64,000 nt of DNA, from contig NW_021835965.1 of the NCBI RefSeq assembly GCF_006345805.1, positions 1 through 64,000 on the forward strand. The letters are read 5' to 3'. Below, one piece after another: positions 35,731 through 50,255 of this stretch. This DNA is from Octopus sinensis. Lineage: Eukaryota. How positions within the stretch are numbered: position 1 is the first letter of the stretch; each line of letters begins with the position of its first letter. Under the pieces are notes generated by a model. It did not search any database. It was given only the letters and a program-made list of their open reading frames with translations, and was not told where the DNA came from. A program made the translations under genes and the position numbers.

Positions 35731-37051
35731 AATTAATCAAAATTTATCTTTTTGATTGTGATATTTTTGATGATAACCTTAAATTTTATCTTTATACAAC
35801 ACAACAATATTGTTTAAATGAATCATCTGTAGTACCCCATGATAAAATTTCCTCTGTATTATCATCATTGGTTTTATTAGCGCCTTGCCCCTTTAACTGG
35901 TAATTAACATCTTGATTTGAGGCCTTCCACTACCCAACCTCATTATAGCCAGTTATATATATATATATTTGCCATGTTGGACTGCTGAACTTCACAAATT
36001 TTTTTCATTCTCTCTCTGCTTATTTTCTTTTATTAATTTCTGCTGAAGACCGTAGGCTCGAAACGTAAAGGCTTGTTCGTTTTTCCCGACCGTCAAACTA
36101 ATACACTTGCTTGTTGTTAATACACCTGTCTTCGTCCTTTGTTTTTCTACACATTTCAACTATATATATATATATATATATATACATAGAGGTTTGGCTT
36201 ATCTATCTATATATACATATATGTATTGTGCGTATGAACACACATTAATTATACATACATAGAGTGTGAATTTACACAACAATATGCGTATTGGTTTGAT
36301 TTTTATCTAGAATTTTTCGATATTAATATTTGCACTCCCATCTTTTTTACACGACAGGAGTGAAATTTAATCTACATAACAAAAAGCAATTTCTATAGAT
36401 TTGTACCATCAACAAGATATATCAAAACTAATTCACGTATACAAATAGAGAATACTGACGCATACACGTGGCGTACACGAATGTATGCGCTTAGTGAATG
36501 AAGTTGTATGAATAATTTTGAAATCAAGCTAACATGACAAGTGAATGGAGATAAAGGAAAGTGAAGGAAAGAGAAGGGGACGAAAATAGTGATGGAAAGG
36601 TAATAATGATGTGTAAAAGATTGTAAACATACAGAAGAATATCACCAAGAAGCGACTAAACTACGACAGGTGTCAAGAGGTCAAACAACTCTTATGCAGC
36701 AAATTTATACGTCCGTAAATGTGTCCAGAGGGAAAGGAAAAAGAACTAAAACAAATAAGAGTTCGCCAGTAACTACGTTTCTAACACCCACACTGGAACT
36801 AAGCCATTGAAGAAAGTTTATATATATATATATACATATATATACATATATATACATATATATGTACATTTATATACATATATATACACATAATACATAT
36901 ATATACATATATATACACATATATACATATCTATACACATATATATACATATATATATATGTATATATTCACACACATATATATATACATATACATACAC
37001 ACAAACACACAAACACATACACACACACACATACATATATATATATGTATA

Positions 37052-37098
<47 letters not shown>

Positions 37099-37199
37099 CA
37101 CCGCAATTATTTTGTTACACGTTTTTAAATAAGGAAAATGTACTTAAATATAACGAATATTGTATAAAAAAAACACAATACAATAGAATGTACTACAAT

Positions 37200-38830
37200 A
37201 AACTGTTTTTATTAAGTATAATGTACAACATTTAGCTTAGAAATCAGACGGCTTGAGGATGCTGACGGAAGTGGAGGAGAAAGGCTGAACTGAATAACTG
37301 AATCTTATTTGCTGATTTTTGCCCTTTTTGCCCTTTTTGCCACGCTTTTCTCACTTTCATCTGCAGGAGTTTTCGATAAAAGCCTGTCCAATGAGGTCTA
37401 TTTCATCCTCTCTTTCAGAATGTTTCTCAAATGAGTTAGTCAAGTTTCATTAAATAGCGCCGTCGCACACCCAGTTGCATCTTTTTCTGTGTGTTTCTTT
37501 CGAATAATGTATGAATGTTTCTCCCACATTTCCATTTCTTTAATTGCATTTTTAGACATAACCTCCTCTGCCTCATCAACGTCACCTATTTCCTGCAAAA
37601 CATCCGTGTGTTGCTGCGTCTGTAACTCTTTTAGCTTCTCCATTGTCAGCTCCTCGGAGTGCTGCTCGATGAGCTCGTTGATGTCACCTTCATCCATGTC
37701 CAGGTCCATGGACTTGCTGAGGGTACAATCTCCTCCACCACTACCTCTTCGGGTTCGAGTCCTTCAAAGTCCGTTTCAGACACAACCTCAGGCTACAGCT
37801 CCTTTCACACAAAGATCAAGGTCCTCTTTGTAACACCCTGCTGGGCCATATCGATAATTCTGAGACACATCACGATGTTATAGTGGTCCTTCAAGAACTC
37901 TCGAAGAGTGAGGTTTGTGCTCTCCATCACCTCAAACCAGCAGCGGAACAGGTGCCTGGTGAAGAGCTTCTCGAAATTAGAAATCACCTGCCATTCCATG
38001 GGCTGCAGGATATGGGTGGTGCTGCGTGGAAGGTAGAAAAACATTATAAACTTGAACTCTTCGAGGATGTCGTCTTCGAGATTAGCGGGGGTTAGCAAGT
38101 GCACTGTCCAGGACGAGAAGGGCTTGTAGGGGGTAGATTACGAACAGATCAATTAATTAATAATGGTTTTAACAATCACCTGAAGCGCTGCTACATAACA
38201 AGAACGTTACACGGCCTTTAGCTGCCTTAAAACCACCGGCACTTTTCTCTAATTTTGCAGTATATCTTCTATTTGGCATTATTTTTTCTTTCAAAAGTGA
38301 CCAGTTTGGTCTGTGTTGAAAACTTGGTCTGAAATGGAACCGCCCTCTTCAATTATCTTGGCTAGTTTAGTTTTAGAAATTCTTCGGCAGCAGTCTTGTC
38401 TGCCGATGAAATTTCACTTCTCATTTTCATATTATGCAGTGCGTGTCTTTCGGGGAATTTTATAAGCCATGCCGTACTTTCTTCTTTTTATCACAAGACA
38501 GACGTAACGCACTTGATGACTGTAAAATAGTAATGCTATCTGTTTTATGGTTTTACCATCTACTGGTATCCTTTTTTATTGTTTTCTTCTATCCATAAAG
38601 CTTTCCCCATTTTTTTCTTGGATCATGTCTCTTGTATATGACGGTAACTTGGCAGATAATTTTGTTCCAGAAGCTACAGATCTTCTAATAGCAGCATCAT
38701 TCCTTTTGCTCGTTTTCATCGTAGCTTCGTTCAGGCAGAAAGCGCTACTCGAGGACGCTGCAATTTCGCCCGTTACGAAGACGATCCAAAATATTGATCT
38801 TGGTCTCCAAAGAAATTGATGCTCTTTTAA
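37200..38830 (-). pseudogene. Decayed pogo/Tigger-like transposase (possibly two fused relics)
   Basis: ISLETKINILDRLRNG (N-terminal HTH); KALWIEENNKKRIP; EISSADKTAAEEF; PANLEDDILEEFKFIMFFYLPRSTTHILQPMEWQVISNFEKLFTRHLF (DDE_1-type). Confidence 0.85.
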
Positions 38831-39357
38831 TTTTCTTCGATGTATCAACCGACATTTTGGGGTACATTATCACTATCACAATCGCAAATAAAAATAGAGC
38901 AGAGGATGAAACACACGCCACGTCTTTCGTATAAGATCCGATACAAACGACTGCCGTCGTCCGATGGAGCGCTTACACGAAGCCAGAGGTATGTACAGTG
39001 CATAGGTTCTACCCACACCGGAGAGTGGGGGATCACAATACGGAAAAAATAGATTGGATTCTATTTTACTTTGGTAAATTGTTACTTAATCATGTTACGT
39101 AGAGTTTCGGCGTTTTGTATATTATAACTAATTCATGTTGCTTGATCGTTTACTTGCAACTTCCATTAAATTCGGTGGTGACTCAAGGACAGATGTTTAA
39201 ACCGTGGTAAAGTAAATTGATCGGTTCTTTTTGCTGGACCGTGTTATTTCAAAACCATGCAGAAAGAATACATGCAAAAAGATAATTTAGTATGTATGTG
39301 TGTATATATATATGCATATATATATATGTGTGTGTGTGTGTGTATACAATACTCTCT

Positions 39358-39390
<33 letters not shown>

Positions 39391-39506
39391 GGGGGGAGAG
39401 AGAGAGAGATAGATATTTATATATATATATATATATATATACATATATATGCGTATATATATTCATATAATAATATTAATAATATATTAATTTTAGATAT
39501 ATGTAT

Positions 39507-39569
<63 letters not shown>

Positions 39570-40241
39570 ATATATATATATATACATATAAAGGTGCAGG
39601 ACGTCACCGACCGTAAACAACATGAAATATGAAACACGAAAATAAATGAGTTCAATACGCAAACATCGAGACCAACAAATGGAAAGTAATATAAAGAACG
39701 AACTTTCATCAGTTGTCGGCTGTTTATCTACTCCTCATTTCGACATTGAACGACAATATGAGTCATCGAAGACAGTTACTCCCATAAGTACCAAATTAAA
39801 ATTTGGGATTTATCGAGGGTCAATGTTGGGAACAAAAACAGGACAGTGGAGACATACAAGAAACCGAACGAAGAAAAACATGGAGAAATATTTTCTTTGA
39901 CAAGAGAAAAGACAGAAGAGAGTGATAGGATACTCCAGTCACTAGGACAGCTCTGAAAGAAAAGAAAGATGATCACTTGAGGAAAAGTAAGTTGGACGAT
40001 GGTCACGTGTGAGCAACGAGAGAGAGTAAAGGAGAAAGAGAGGAGAGAAAGAGAGAGACAGGTATAAAGCCGTGAAGGGGAGAAAAGGGGGAATTAGAGA
40101 ATAGATGAGAGAGAAAGGATAGGAGGAGAAAACAGTATAGCGTAGAGTCGCATCAAAAAGGTTAAGATAAACTTACTTGGAAATAGATGCGTGGCGTTCA
40201 ATCAAATAATAATACGTACATATATTCATATATATACGTAT

Positions 40242-40283
<42 letters not shown>

Positions 40284-40496
40284 CGTACATATGTATATAT
40301 ATATATACGTATATATATATATTTATATATATATATACGTACATATATATATACGTATATTTATTCATATATTTATATACATATGCGTAAATATATTCAC
40401 ATACGTATATATATATACATACATATGTTCATACATACACACATGTACATAAATATGTACATACCTACATACATGCATATACATACATATATATAT

Positions 40497-40670
<174 letters not shown>

Positions 40671-42574
40671 TCTAGGTAAAGCTATATCGAAAATATTAAA
40701 ATCACATAAAATGCATGGAAGAAAATTTAAGTATTTGGCGGTGAAAATATATACCGAACGAGTCTCGACGCATCGACCTGCGAGGAACTGCAAGTTAATC
40801 ACTCTCAAACTACACCATACAATTTAGAGAATTAAAATAACATTATAAGCTAGCGTAGTCTCAGCTACAATGTCTGCAAAAATGGAATTGTCACACTTTG
40901 GAATGACTTAATCATATACCAGTTCTTACAATGCTAAAATTGTTAATCAGTAACAATACCGAGTGCGAATATTGAGTCATAATCACGAATATGCATATAG
41001 AATGAAATTGTAACGTTCGAAAGTGAGAGAACTACAAATTTAATTACGTCCGAAGTAAGATTTTACAATATAAATGTTTCCCCAGTTTGTTGAAATATGA
41101 GGAAATAATCGAATACTAGATGATAATATCATAAACAGAGTGCTTATCAGTATCCATAGACAAATCGATAACAAATTATATTTTAAGTGCTGGAAAATGG
41201 CGATCTCTCTACTTAATGGTATAATAACATAAATAGAAGAAAGAAAACTGAACAGTTAATTATCGAAGATTTTAGCAGTCTATGCAATAAAGATTTTTCA
41301 CTTGAGAGGCGTGATAAAAAATGATACATCAAAGTGTGTCAGCATATTGAGGTAAAAAGTGTAAAGCAACATACTCGTTATCAACAAAATTTTCTAATAA
41401 AAACCATAAAGTGTCTGCTTACGAACTAACAGTCTGGACCCAGAGATAAAGTCGTTTATAACTTAATATGTCTTCCAAACATTTCTTGGCTAACTGACGT
41501 CGTTTTGAGCTGAATTCAAACACGGCAATAAATATACTAGCGATATGAGAATCATTTATGCAACTCGTTAGATGCTTCGTTTTCAAGAGACAGCAACTGA
41601 ATTGAATTACACAATGGCGAACCAAGATTCCTTGTCTCCATTAACCTTGGCTGCTCATGAATTTTCATCTTGTCTCTGTCAATATCACCAATAATCTTTG
41701 AGTGATTTTCGTCCTTTATCAGAATGCGAAAATCTCCAAAATGTAACATCTGATATAATTTGTAGCTCTACACGATAGCAGCGACAGCACTTAACAGTAT
41801 ATTAAATTACTATTTTCATTGTAATTCTTAAACCGCATTATTAATGGGATTTTTTGTAAGGACTACATCAGGGAACAGTTTCAAATATGATGCGAAAAAT
41901 GTCGCCCTCAACTGATGATTTCTTCATTCCTTGATTACACTATGGTACTCAACACCTCAGTTCCCCCGTGATATTTTTGAGCTGTTACAAATCGTTTCTA
42001 ATTTAGACAGGAGGGTAGCAGTTTTGAAAGGAGGAATAAGTTTTAACTCAAGTACGGCATGAGCGTGTGCTTAAGAAAATCGCGTTTCAACCAAGGGGCA
42101 AGTGTTTACAACCGATGCCTTTTGAAGGAAATCGGTTGACGGAAACTGTGCGAAAGCCTGTGCATGTCATTGTGCTTGTATTAGTTACCCCACCATTACT
42201 ATTGCTTGGCAACCGATGTAAGTTTGTTTAAGCACCCGTAATTTAGCAGTTCGACAAAAGGTATCCGTAGAATAAGTACCTGACTTTAATAAACAAGAAA
42301 TGGGGGTCGATTTGTTTGACAAAATATTTCAAGTGCACCAGAAAGAAAGAAAAAAGTAAAACAAATAAAAAATTAAAGAAACCTCGAAAGAAATCGTCCT
42401 TTGAGGATTGATAAAAAGACAAAGTTTTTCACTCGCGGGACTTGAACTTATAACATAAAGTAATTCTTAGTAGTTTATGTCTACAGGAAAAAGTATTTGA
42501 CTATTTTATTTTCACAACATTGGTTTCAAATTTTGGCATAATGCCAGAAATTTCGAGGGAGGGATGTAAGTCGA

Positions 42575-42730
42575 TCAAATCGATTTTTGTGCTCAACTGG
42601 TACGTATTTTATCAACCCTGAAAGGATGAAAGATAAAGTTGACCTCTGTGGGATTTGAACTCAGAACGTAAAGACAGACGAAATGCTGCTAAGCATTTTG
42701 TCCGACGTGCTAACGATTCAGCCAGTTTCG
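42575..42730 (-). mobile_element. SINE family C, degenerate
   Basis: atcaaccctgaaaggatgaaagataaagttgacctctgtgggatttgaactcagaacg...ctaagcattttgtccgacgtgctaacg. Confidence 0.7.
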
Positions 42731-43479
42731 GTATCTTTTTTGCTTTCACAACATAACCCATCATCACAGTGTGTTATAAATTTGCTAAATCCTCGGTGAA
42801 CAACTCTTGCACAGATGGAATGGAAATAACAGTTCTTGAGGGGATGAATATTTTGCAGGTTCCCTTCACGTCCTTCTCACAATGCAACACGACCAATTCT
42901 GACAGGGAAAGAGAGCGAAAGAGAACGAAAGAGAACAAAAAAGGGTGATGAATTGACACCAGTATTTACGATCGTCTGTATGCCTTAAACAGATTTGCTA
43001 ATTGCCAGTGTTATAGCAATTAATATTCTATGGCATTTAATTATGAAGCAGTTCCTTCAGGCAACAGGTGACATTTTAGAGTTTCCACAGATTTTATTTG
43101 AATCGATCACAAATAATACTACTCTGTCAATAGTCTGGTTACATAACTCCAAGCTGAAGTTGTCTGGCTGCTTTAGCTCTCTTCGTTCTCGGTTACAGAT
43201 AAAGCGCGGCAATTTGTCGTTAATCTTTTCAGCTGGAACCGTTACAGCAATACACGTAACAGAACTGGTCGCTTTTCCAGTCACACACTCACATTTGAAG
43301 TTATCTTAAATAACAGGACACGTAAAACTGGATGAAAGAAATCCATTCTCTGTATTCACTGTTCCGTTAGATTCAACCGTAAATGATACGTTCTTCTTTC
43401 TATTTTCTTCGGCAATATTTTCCCGTTCATTCTACGCATGGATACCAAGTAGAACATTAATTCATAATCATATTCGTTC

Positions 43480-43636
43480 ACTTGCTTCAGTCATTTGACT
43501 CCGGTCATGCTGGAACACCGCCTCAAAGGGTTTTATAGTCGAAGAAATCGACCCCCAGGATTTATTTATTTGTAAGCGTAGTTCTTATTCTCTTTTGCTG
43601 AACTGCTAAGTTACAGGGACGTAAATACACACACAC

Positions 43637-43694
<58 letters not shown>

Positions 43695-43875
43695 GCATAA
43701 TATAGAGAAATATATATACACGACGGGCTTCTTTCTGTTTCTGTCTACCAAATCCACTCACAAGGCTTTGGTCGAAACGAGGCTATAGTAGAACACACGC
43801 GTCACGGAGTAAGACTGAACTCGGAACCATGTGGTTAGGAAGCAAGCTTCTGACCACACACCCACACCTGCGCCT
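43480..43875 (-). mobile_element. SINE family A
   Basis: Reverse-complement head aggcgcaggtgtgggtgtgtgg and tail gactgaagcaagtg; internal (TA)n. Confidence 0.8.
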
Positions 43876-44296
43876 ACGCATAATGCTATTATACATAATA
43901 CACACATTATATCATTGGCTTTACAAATACGACCATACACATAAAGTATTTTCTAAAATACATGAATACTTTTCCTACAACACATTTATTTGCATCTTGT
44001 ATTAATAAATTGTTTTTATTAAAGCTTTAATTTAAAAATTGTTATTTTTCTGTGCATAAATTCTTGTCCATTTTTAATCAATATCTCACCAAGTGTCTAC
44101 AATAAAGTGTTGTTTAGCTACTTTGAAAATATCTATCTATCGGTAGAAAATATCTATCTTTCGGTGAGAAGCTCACTTTGCAACCATATCGTTTAGGGTT
44201 CTGCATGCTACCTTGGGCAAGGGATTTCCACTATAGCTCCTGCCCGAACAATGTCTTGTGAGTGAATTTAGTCGGTGGTAACTGTTTGGAAGCCCG

Positions 44297-44342
<46 letters not shown>

Positions 44343-44397
44343 GGGTGACCCCCCTTCGGTCATGAATAACCACGGGATTGCACCTAGAAAGTTACCT

Positions 44398-44478
44398 TCT
44401 TCAGTCGCTTTAATTTCATTTACTCCACGTTTCGATGACCTTCGAAACGTGGAGTAGATGAAATTAAGGCGACTGAAG
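44398..44478. repeat. Palindrome (37-bp arms, 6-nt loop) at the 5' junction of a repeat fragment
   Basis: cttcagtcgctttaatttcatttactccacgtttcga tgacct tcgaaacgtggagtagatgaaattaaggcgactgaag. Confidence 0.9.
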
Positions 44479-44964
44479 AAGGGGAATTTTCCTTGTTTTG
44501 TATATCCTGTACTCTATTTTTTCGTTGTTTTAAAAAAATGTCCATTTCCTTGGTTTTGTGTTTATGTTTTCGTTTCTCATTGTGTTCGACGTTTTTTTGG
44601 TCTCCTGTACCCATATATGCATGTATATATACATGTAGAGGTAGGTACGTACATATATGTATGTATATATGCATATGTTTTATTTATTTATTAATTTATA
44701 TATATATATATATACATACAGATAGATTTGTGTGGGTGTGTCCTAGTGTTTGTGTTCTATGCCCACCAGCGCTTGACAACTGACGTTGATTTTCTAACAC
44801 CCCTGTAGTAACTTAGCAGCTTCGACAAAAGATACCGATAGAAGAAGTACGCGAATCGACAAAATAATACTGGGGTCGATTTGTTTGACTAAAATCTTTC
44901 AGGTTGGTGCCCTAGCATGGCCGGAGTCGAATGACTGAAGCTAGTAAACTACAAAAGATATGTG

Positions 44965-45393
44965 AGATCTTTTCGGTTTGAACGGCAGTTTTTTCTAGCG
45001 GTGTCATATGAAATTGTCACCCATAATTATGACCCTAGTATCGATCTATTGCATTTCAATCTGTTTTAGGGTTAGGGTTAGTTAGGGTTAGGGTTAGGGT
45101 GGGGGAAGATATCTTTTTTCTTCACAAATGTAAATAAATCCAATCTGTTTCTTAAACGAGGGACATATTCATACGGCACAGAATGTTTTCACCTCAAATA
45201 CACGTCATTGATTGGTTGAAATTGCAGAAATTGAAGAAAAAAAACAACAAATATCTTACAAACTATTGAATTTTCTCAATAAAGCCAAGAGAAAAAAATG
45301 TTTTATAAACACATTCTACCAGTAAACGAAGTTTAAAATTTTTTAGTTAGCTAGAAATTATGTTAAAAACTGCCGTTCAAACCGAAAAGATCT
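44965..45393. mobile_element. MITE with ~28-bp TIRs and 8-bp TSD, carrying TTAGGG repeats
   Basis: TIR agatcttttcggtttgaacggcagtttt / aaaactgccgttcaaaccgaaaagatct; TSD gatatgtg at 44957-44964 and 45394-45401; TTAGGG repeats at 45066-45099. Confidence 0.9.
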
Positions 45394-45680
45394 GATATGT
45401 GATTTTATATTTATTCTATACGCACGTCTTTTATTTTCTAGGCATTCACTTATTTTACCAATCATAGCTCCTCTTAAGTAATCTTTGCTTACTTTTAAAA
45501 GCTATGTTTGATTATAATCAATGCAATAACAGGTTTCGAATCATTTTTAAAATTCTAGATAAACCATGCCGCCCATCCTGTGTTTATGTAAGGGCGTTAT
45601 AGGGAATACGTGTTAAAAAATGCTATTATTCGTATTTTCGATTGTATTTCTGTTATCTTTATTACATATTCTCATTCGTG

Positions 45681-46045
45681 TGGAGGCGCATGACCCAGTG
45701 GTTAGGGCAGCGGAATCGCGGTCGTAGGATCTCGGTTTCGATTCCCAGACCCGGTGTTGTGAGTGTTTATTGAGCGAAAATACCTAAAGCTCCGCGATGT
45801 TCCGGTAGGGGGTGGTGGCGAACTCTGCTGTAATCTTTCACCCCAACTTCCTCTCACTTTTCCTGTTTCTGTTGTACACGTATTTCAAAGGGCCGGCCTT
45901 GTCACACTGTGTCACGCTGAATCTCCGCGAGAACTACATTAAGGGTACGCGTGTCTGTGGAGTGCTCGGCCACTTGCACGTTAATTTCACGAGCAGGTTG
46001 TTCCGATCGGCTGGAACCCTTGTCGTTGTAAGCGACGGAGTGTGC
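45681..46045 (+). mobile_element. SINE family B
   Basis: ggaggcgcatgacccagtggttagggcagcgg head and gtctgtggagtgctc tail. Confidence 0.85.
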
Positions 46046-46624
46046 CATATTTTCATTCGTACAATGTGGGCCAAAAGTCCCTTAGTCTAACGATATATTA
46101 CGATCTGTAGGAAAATAATCTGGTGATTTTGATTGTTGCACAAACTACGCTTTTATACTCCGTGACACGGATGGATAAATGTCTGGGAGGTGGTTATCAT
46201 TCTACAAATATGCGTCCGTATACATTCGGCTGCTAGCGTGTAGGTGTACTTATTGCATGCATACGGATTCATAGGTATGTACTCTCTCTCGCATTACTCT
46301 TTTACTTGTTTCAGTCATTTGACTGCAGCTATGCTGGAGCACCGCCTTTAGTTGAGCAAATCGACCCCACGACTTATTCTTTGTAAGCCTAGTACTTATT
46401 CTATCGGTCACTTTTGCCGAACCGGTTCTCACCGGTTCTCACTCTTTCCCTTAACATTACGTTCTTCACACACTTCTAATTACAGCATATGTCGTAATCC
46501 CCAATCCGGGAGATAAACCTGTCTCAGGCACCAAACGAGCTCTATTTAGTAGATGACTAATTGCTATCCTACTCCGAGTGAAACTAAGAGAGTTCGACTA
46601 ACGCCTCGATACCGAATGTCTCCT

Positions 46625-46915
46625 CTGTGTTTAGCCCAGTTACGCGCTGGGGTCGATATAATCGACTTAATCCGTCTGTCTGTCCTTGTTTGTCCTCCCT
46701 GTGTTTAGTCCCTTGTGGGTAGTAAAGAAATAGGTATTTCGTCTGTCTTTACGTTCTGAGTTCAAATTCCGCCGAGGTTGGCTTTGCCTTTCATCCATTC
46801 GGGGTCGATAACTTAAGTACCAGTTACGCACTGGGGTCGATCTAATCGACTGGCCCTCTTCCCCCAAATTTCGGGCCTTGTGCCTAGAGTAGAATAGAAT
46901 ATTGAGCACTGTTTT
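46625..46915 (+). mobile_element. SINE family C partial dimer
   Basis: Junction gggtagtaaagaaata|ggtatttcgtctg at ~46735; the second unit ends in a different tail. Confidence 0.75.
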
Positions 46916-47057
46916 CTTCTTTCACTTACAAGCTGTAAACAAGTATAACATGTATATATGTGTGTAAGCTGTTCTCCTTACATCGACAGTACCTGTCGTA
47001 AAGTTCTAAATAAAACGTGATCGTTGTCAATCAAAATATTGAATGTTCATTCAGAGT

Positions 47058-47482
47058 AGGCGCAGGAGTGGCTGTGTGGTAAGTAGCTTGCTAACCAACC
47101 ACATGGTTCTGGGTTCAGTCCCACTGCGTGGCATCTTGGGCAAGTGTCTTCTGCTATAGCCCTGGGCCGACCAATGCCTTGTGAGTGGATTTGGTAGACG
47201 GAAACTGAAAGAAGCCTGTCGTATATATGTATATATATATATATGTATGTGTATGTGTATGTGTGTGTTTGTGTGTCTCTGTTTGTCCCCCTAGCATTGC
47301 TTGACAACCGATGCTGGTGTGTATACGTCCCCGTCACTTAGCGGTTCGGCAAAAGAGACCGATAGAATAAGTACTGGGCTTACAAAGAATAAGTCCCGGG
47401 GTCGATTTGCTCGACTAGAGGCGGTGCTCCAGCATGGCCGCAGTCAAATGACTGAAACAAGTAAAAGAGTAAGAGTAAAGAG
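47058..47482 (+). mobile_element. SINE family A, full length
   Basis: aggcgcaggagtggctgtgtggtaagtagc...caaatgactgaaacaagtaaaagagtaagag. Confidence 0.9.
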
Positions 47483-48617
47483 TATCTTTACAAGAATAGA
47501 AAACACTTCTATGATTATATAAATTCTTTTGTATTTCATGCAACATGAAAAGGAAATAGACAGTGCTACTCCTACAAATCATTAGTTTCTTTTATTCACC
47601 ATTTATTAGTACATACCATACATCCCGAGGGATCGACCATTTTTGAAACTCGTTTATTCAACAATTAAGGTGAATTACTTCAAATAATTTACCTCTCTTT
47701 ACTACATATAGAATATTTCAAATTTTGGTGAAACTGATGACATTTTATTCCTAAAGGAACAAATTGATATTTTCCCAATGTTTGACCCTGCTGAAATATT
47801 CAGTTGACAAATGGCCCTCATGAGAAATGTAAAGATAATGAGATTTTAGTAAGGACATATAAGAAATGTATTTATCAATGTTAGAATTATAAGACCATTT
47901 ACTTAAGTTTGAAAAAATGTCACTTATCTTACGATACTACTTACATCGTATTTAAAAGCAAAATTTAATTTACGATAAATTCGGCAGATGTTTAATCAAT
48001 ATTGTACAGGAATAAAAAATGGCAACTCGATAAATAGAGTTTTTATTGTCTTTGATTATTTTTGGTAATAAATACGTAATACTTATTTCCTCAACCAACA
48101 TGATTATTTTGGGAGATAAACAGTAATTGAAGAGAATGTGTGATATTAAGTGTAAAACTGCACAACCTGTTTGCATTAAATGCTAACAAACGATAAATTT
48201 CTTACCTTGAAGACAAAAAAAATTCAATACAAAATGTATAATTATAATTTCTTTCAAATTACTTTCTTTTATAACGATACTAAAAATATTTTTATGCTAA
48301 TACCGTTTTATAACCAACATTTATGTTGGCAAAGTTCTTTCTTTTTATTTATTATTAGTAAATTTTTTTAATAATGTATTTTGTTTATTTCAGAGTAAGT
48401 TTACTGTCTAACGAAACAAAATTTAACTCTTACAACTACTATATAATAAGTAAACGGTTTGTGAAATGTTGGTCCATTACACATTTTTATTAAATTACTG
48501 TTTAACCAGCAGAAGAAGCTTTTCCCAAGGTAATAAGGAATTAGTCGATATATACATATGTATGTACACACACACACACATATATATATATATATGTGTG
48601 TATATATATATATATAT

Positions 48618-48660
<43 letters not shown>

Positions 48661-49887
48661 GATTTTGATTTTGATTTTGATTTTTCCAGTTTCAGCTAAT
48701 GAGCTGTGGCCATGCTGGGGCACCGCCATTTATATATATGTATATACATATATATATGTATATACATATATATGTACATGTATATATGTATACATATATA
48801 TATGTATATAAATATATATGTACATGTATATATATATGTATATATACATATATATATACATGATCATAACCAGCTGATCTAGCAAGCGGGGCCTCATATC
48901 AGTGAGGGGGGCCGGTACGCATTGATGCCATCGAGAGGTAGGCCCCGAAATGACGCGCATTCTCTCCTGATGACCCCATACACTTGCTGGCTTCCGGTAT
49001 ACGGAGCTTTTAACTAGTAGCACTTGCATGTGCAAGTTGTTTGAAAGACATATATATATGTATATATAATATATATACGTGTGTGTATGTATATATACAT
49101 ATATGTATATGTGTATATATATATATATGTATATACATACATATATATAGGTGCAGCAGTGGCTGTGTGGTAAGTAGCTCGCTTACTTCCCACAGCGCAT
49201 GTGTTGTTTGTTGTGAGTGAGCACATCTGTTGTTGTGTTGTGCGTATCACTGAAGGAGATTGCCGGCTAGCCGGTGAAAAAGTAGCCCACCTGTAAGGTA
49301 AGGCTTTTGTTTTGGGGGTATAGTGGGGATTTGTTGTTTGTGGTAATATTTTTTATAAGCAAGGAGTCCTCACTGGATTGTGGACTCTAGTCTGCCTGCA
49401 GTTGGGATAAGACTCTCTTTTCTCTTTGCTCTCTTTTATTTGTTTCAGTCATTTGACTGCGGCCATGCTGGAGCACCGCCTTTAATCAAGCAAATCGACC
49501 CCGGGACTTATTCTTTGTAAGCCCAGTACTTATTCTATCGGTCTCTTTTGCCGAGCCGTGGAGGATATTTTCTGTTTTTCTGCTCCTGGACCTGGAGTAC
49601 CTGAATGGAGTACTAATTTGTGGAAAACATGTCGAACAGGATTACCGGAGGCCGGAAGTGTATTTGTTGTGGTTTGAACTGTCTTCTTTCCTTCTTTTTC
49701 TCTGCGCTGTCTATCTCTCTTTTATTTTTGACTGCTTTAGACTGTTTGTTTTGAACTGTTATATGTGTGTGTGTACTCTTCCATGTCTACATATTTATAT
49801 TACACGCATGCATAAGTATAAGTATTATATTATACTAACTAGCAGAATCGTGAGAGCATCGGACATTCGGTATCGTACCACTCCCGC

Positions 49888-49997
49888 ATTCTTCTTCTTC
49901 TTCTTCTTCTTCTTCTTCTTCTTCTTCTTCTTCTTCTTCTTCTTCTTCTTCTTCTTCTTCTTCTTCTTCTTCTTCTTCTTCTTCTTCTTCTTCTTCT
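49888..49997. repeat. (CTT)n microsatellite
   Basis: Direct reading. Confidence 0.95.
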
Positions 49998-50255
49998 CTG
50001 CGAAGAATTCACAACGACCTCGAACCCACAAGAGTAAGCAAGAGAGAGAAAGAGAGAGAGAGGTAGAAACAAGGAAAATGCCCAACGTATTTGAATACTA
50101 TGCAAATATTCTTTTAAAAAATTTTTCGTTTAATTTTTCCAAAATTTAATTGTTTTCCATACTTAGAGTTTAAAATGTCTCAATAACTGAGCCCGGTACT
50201 AAAATGTTTTTTTATGATAAAATTATTTTAGCATTTTCTACCTTGACTTTTTTCC
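49997..50255 (+). mobile_element. Unclassified dispersed repeat (copy of 12455-12715)
   Basis: Shared motifs as listed for 12455-12715; lies between ~85-bp direct repeats at ~49790-49873 and ~50370-50455. Confidence 0.75.

Noticed and set aside
39690-39760. Permuted HHR (GAAA before CUGANGA) here and at 44443-44480
   Set aside because: Helices I and II could not be paired, and there is no valid NUH site.
43057-43440. Host gene exon on the minus strand (EKINDKLPRFICN...)
   Set aside because: No recognisable domain, an in-frame stop upstream and no clear splice sites; a pseudogene fragment is not excluded.
45066-45099. True telomere or chromosome fusion site
   Set aside because: Only ~34 bp long and enclosed by MITE TIRs.
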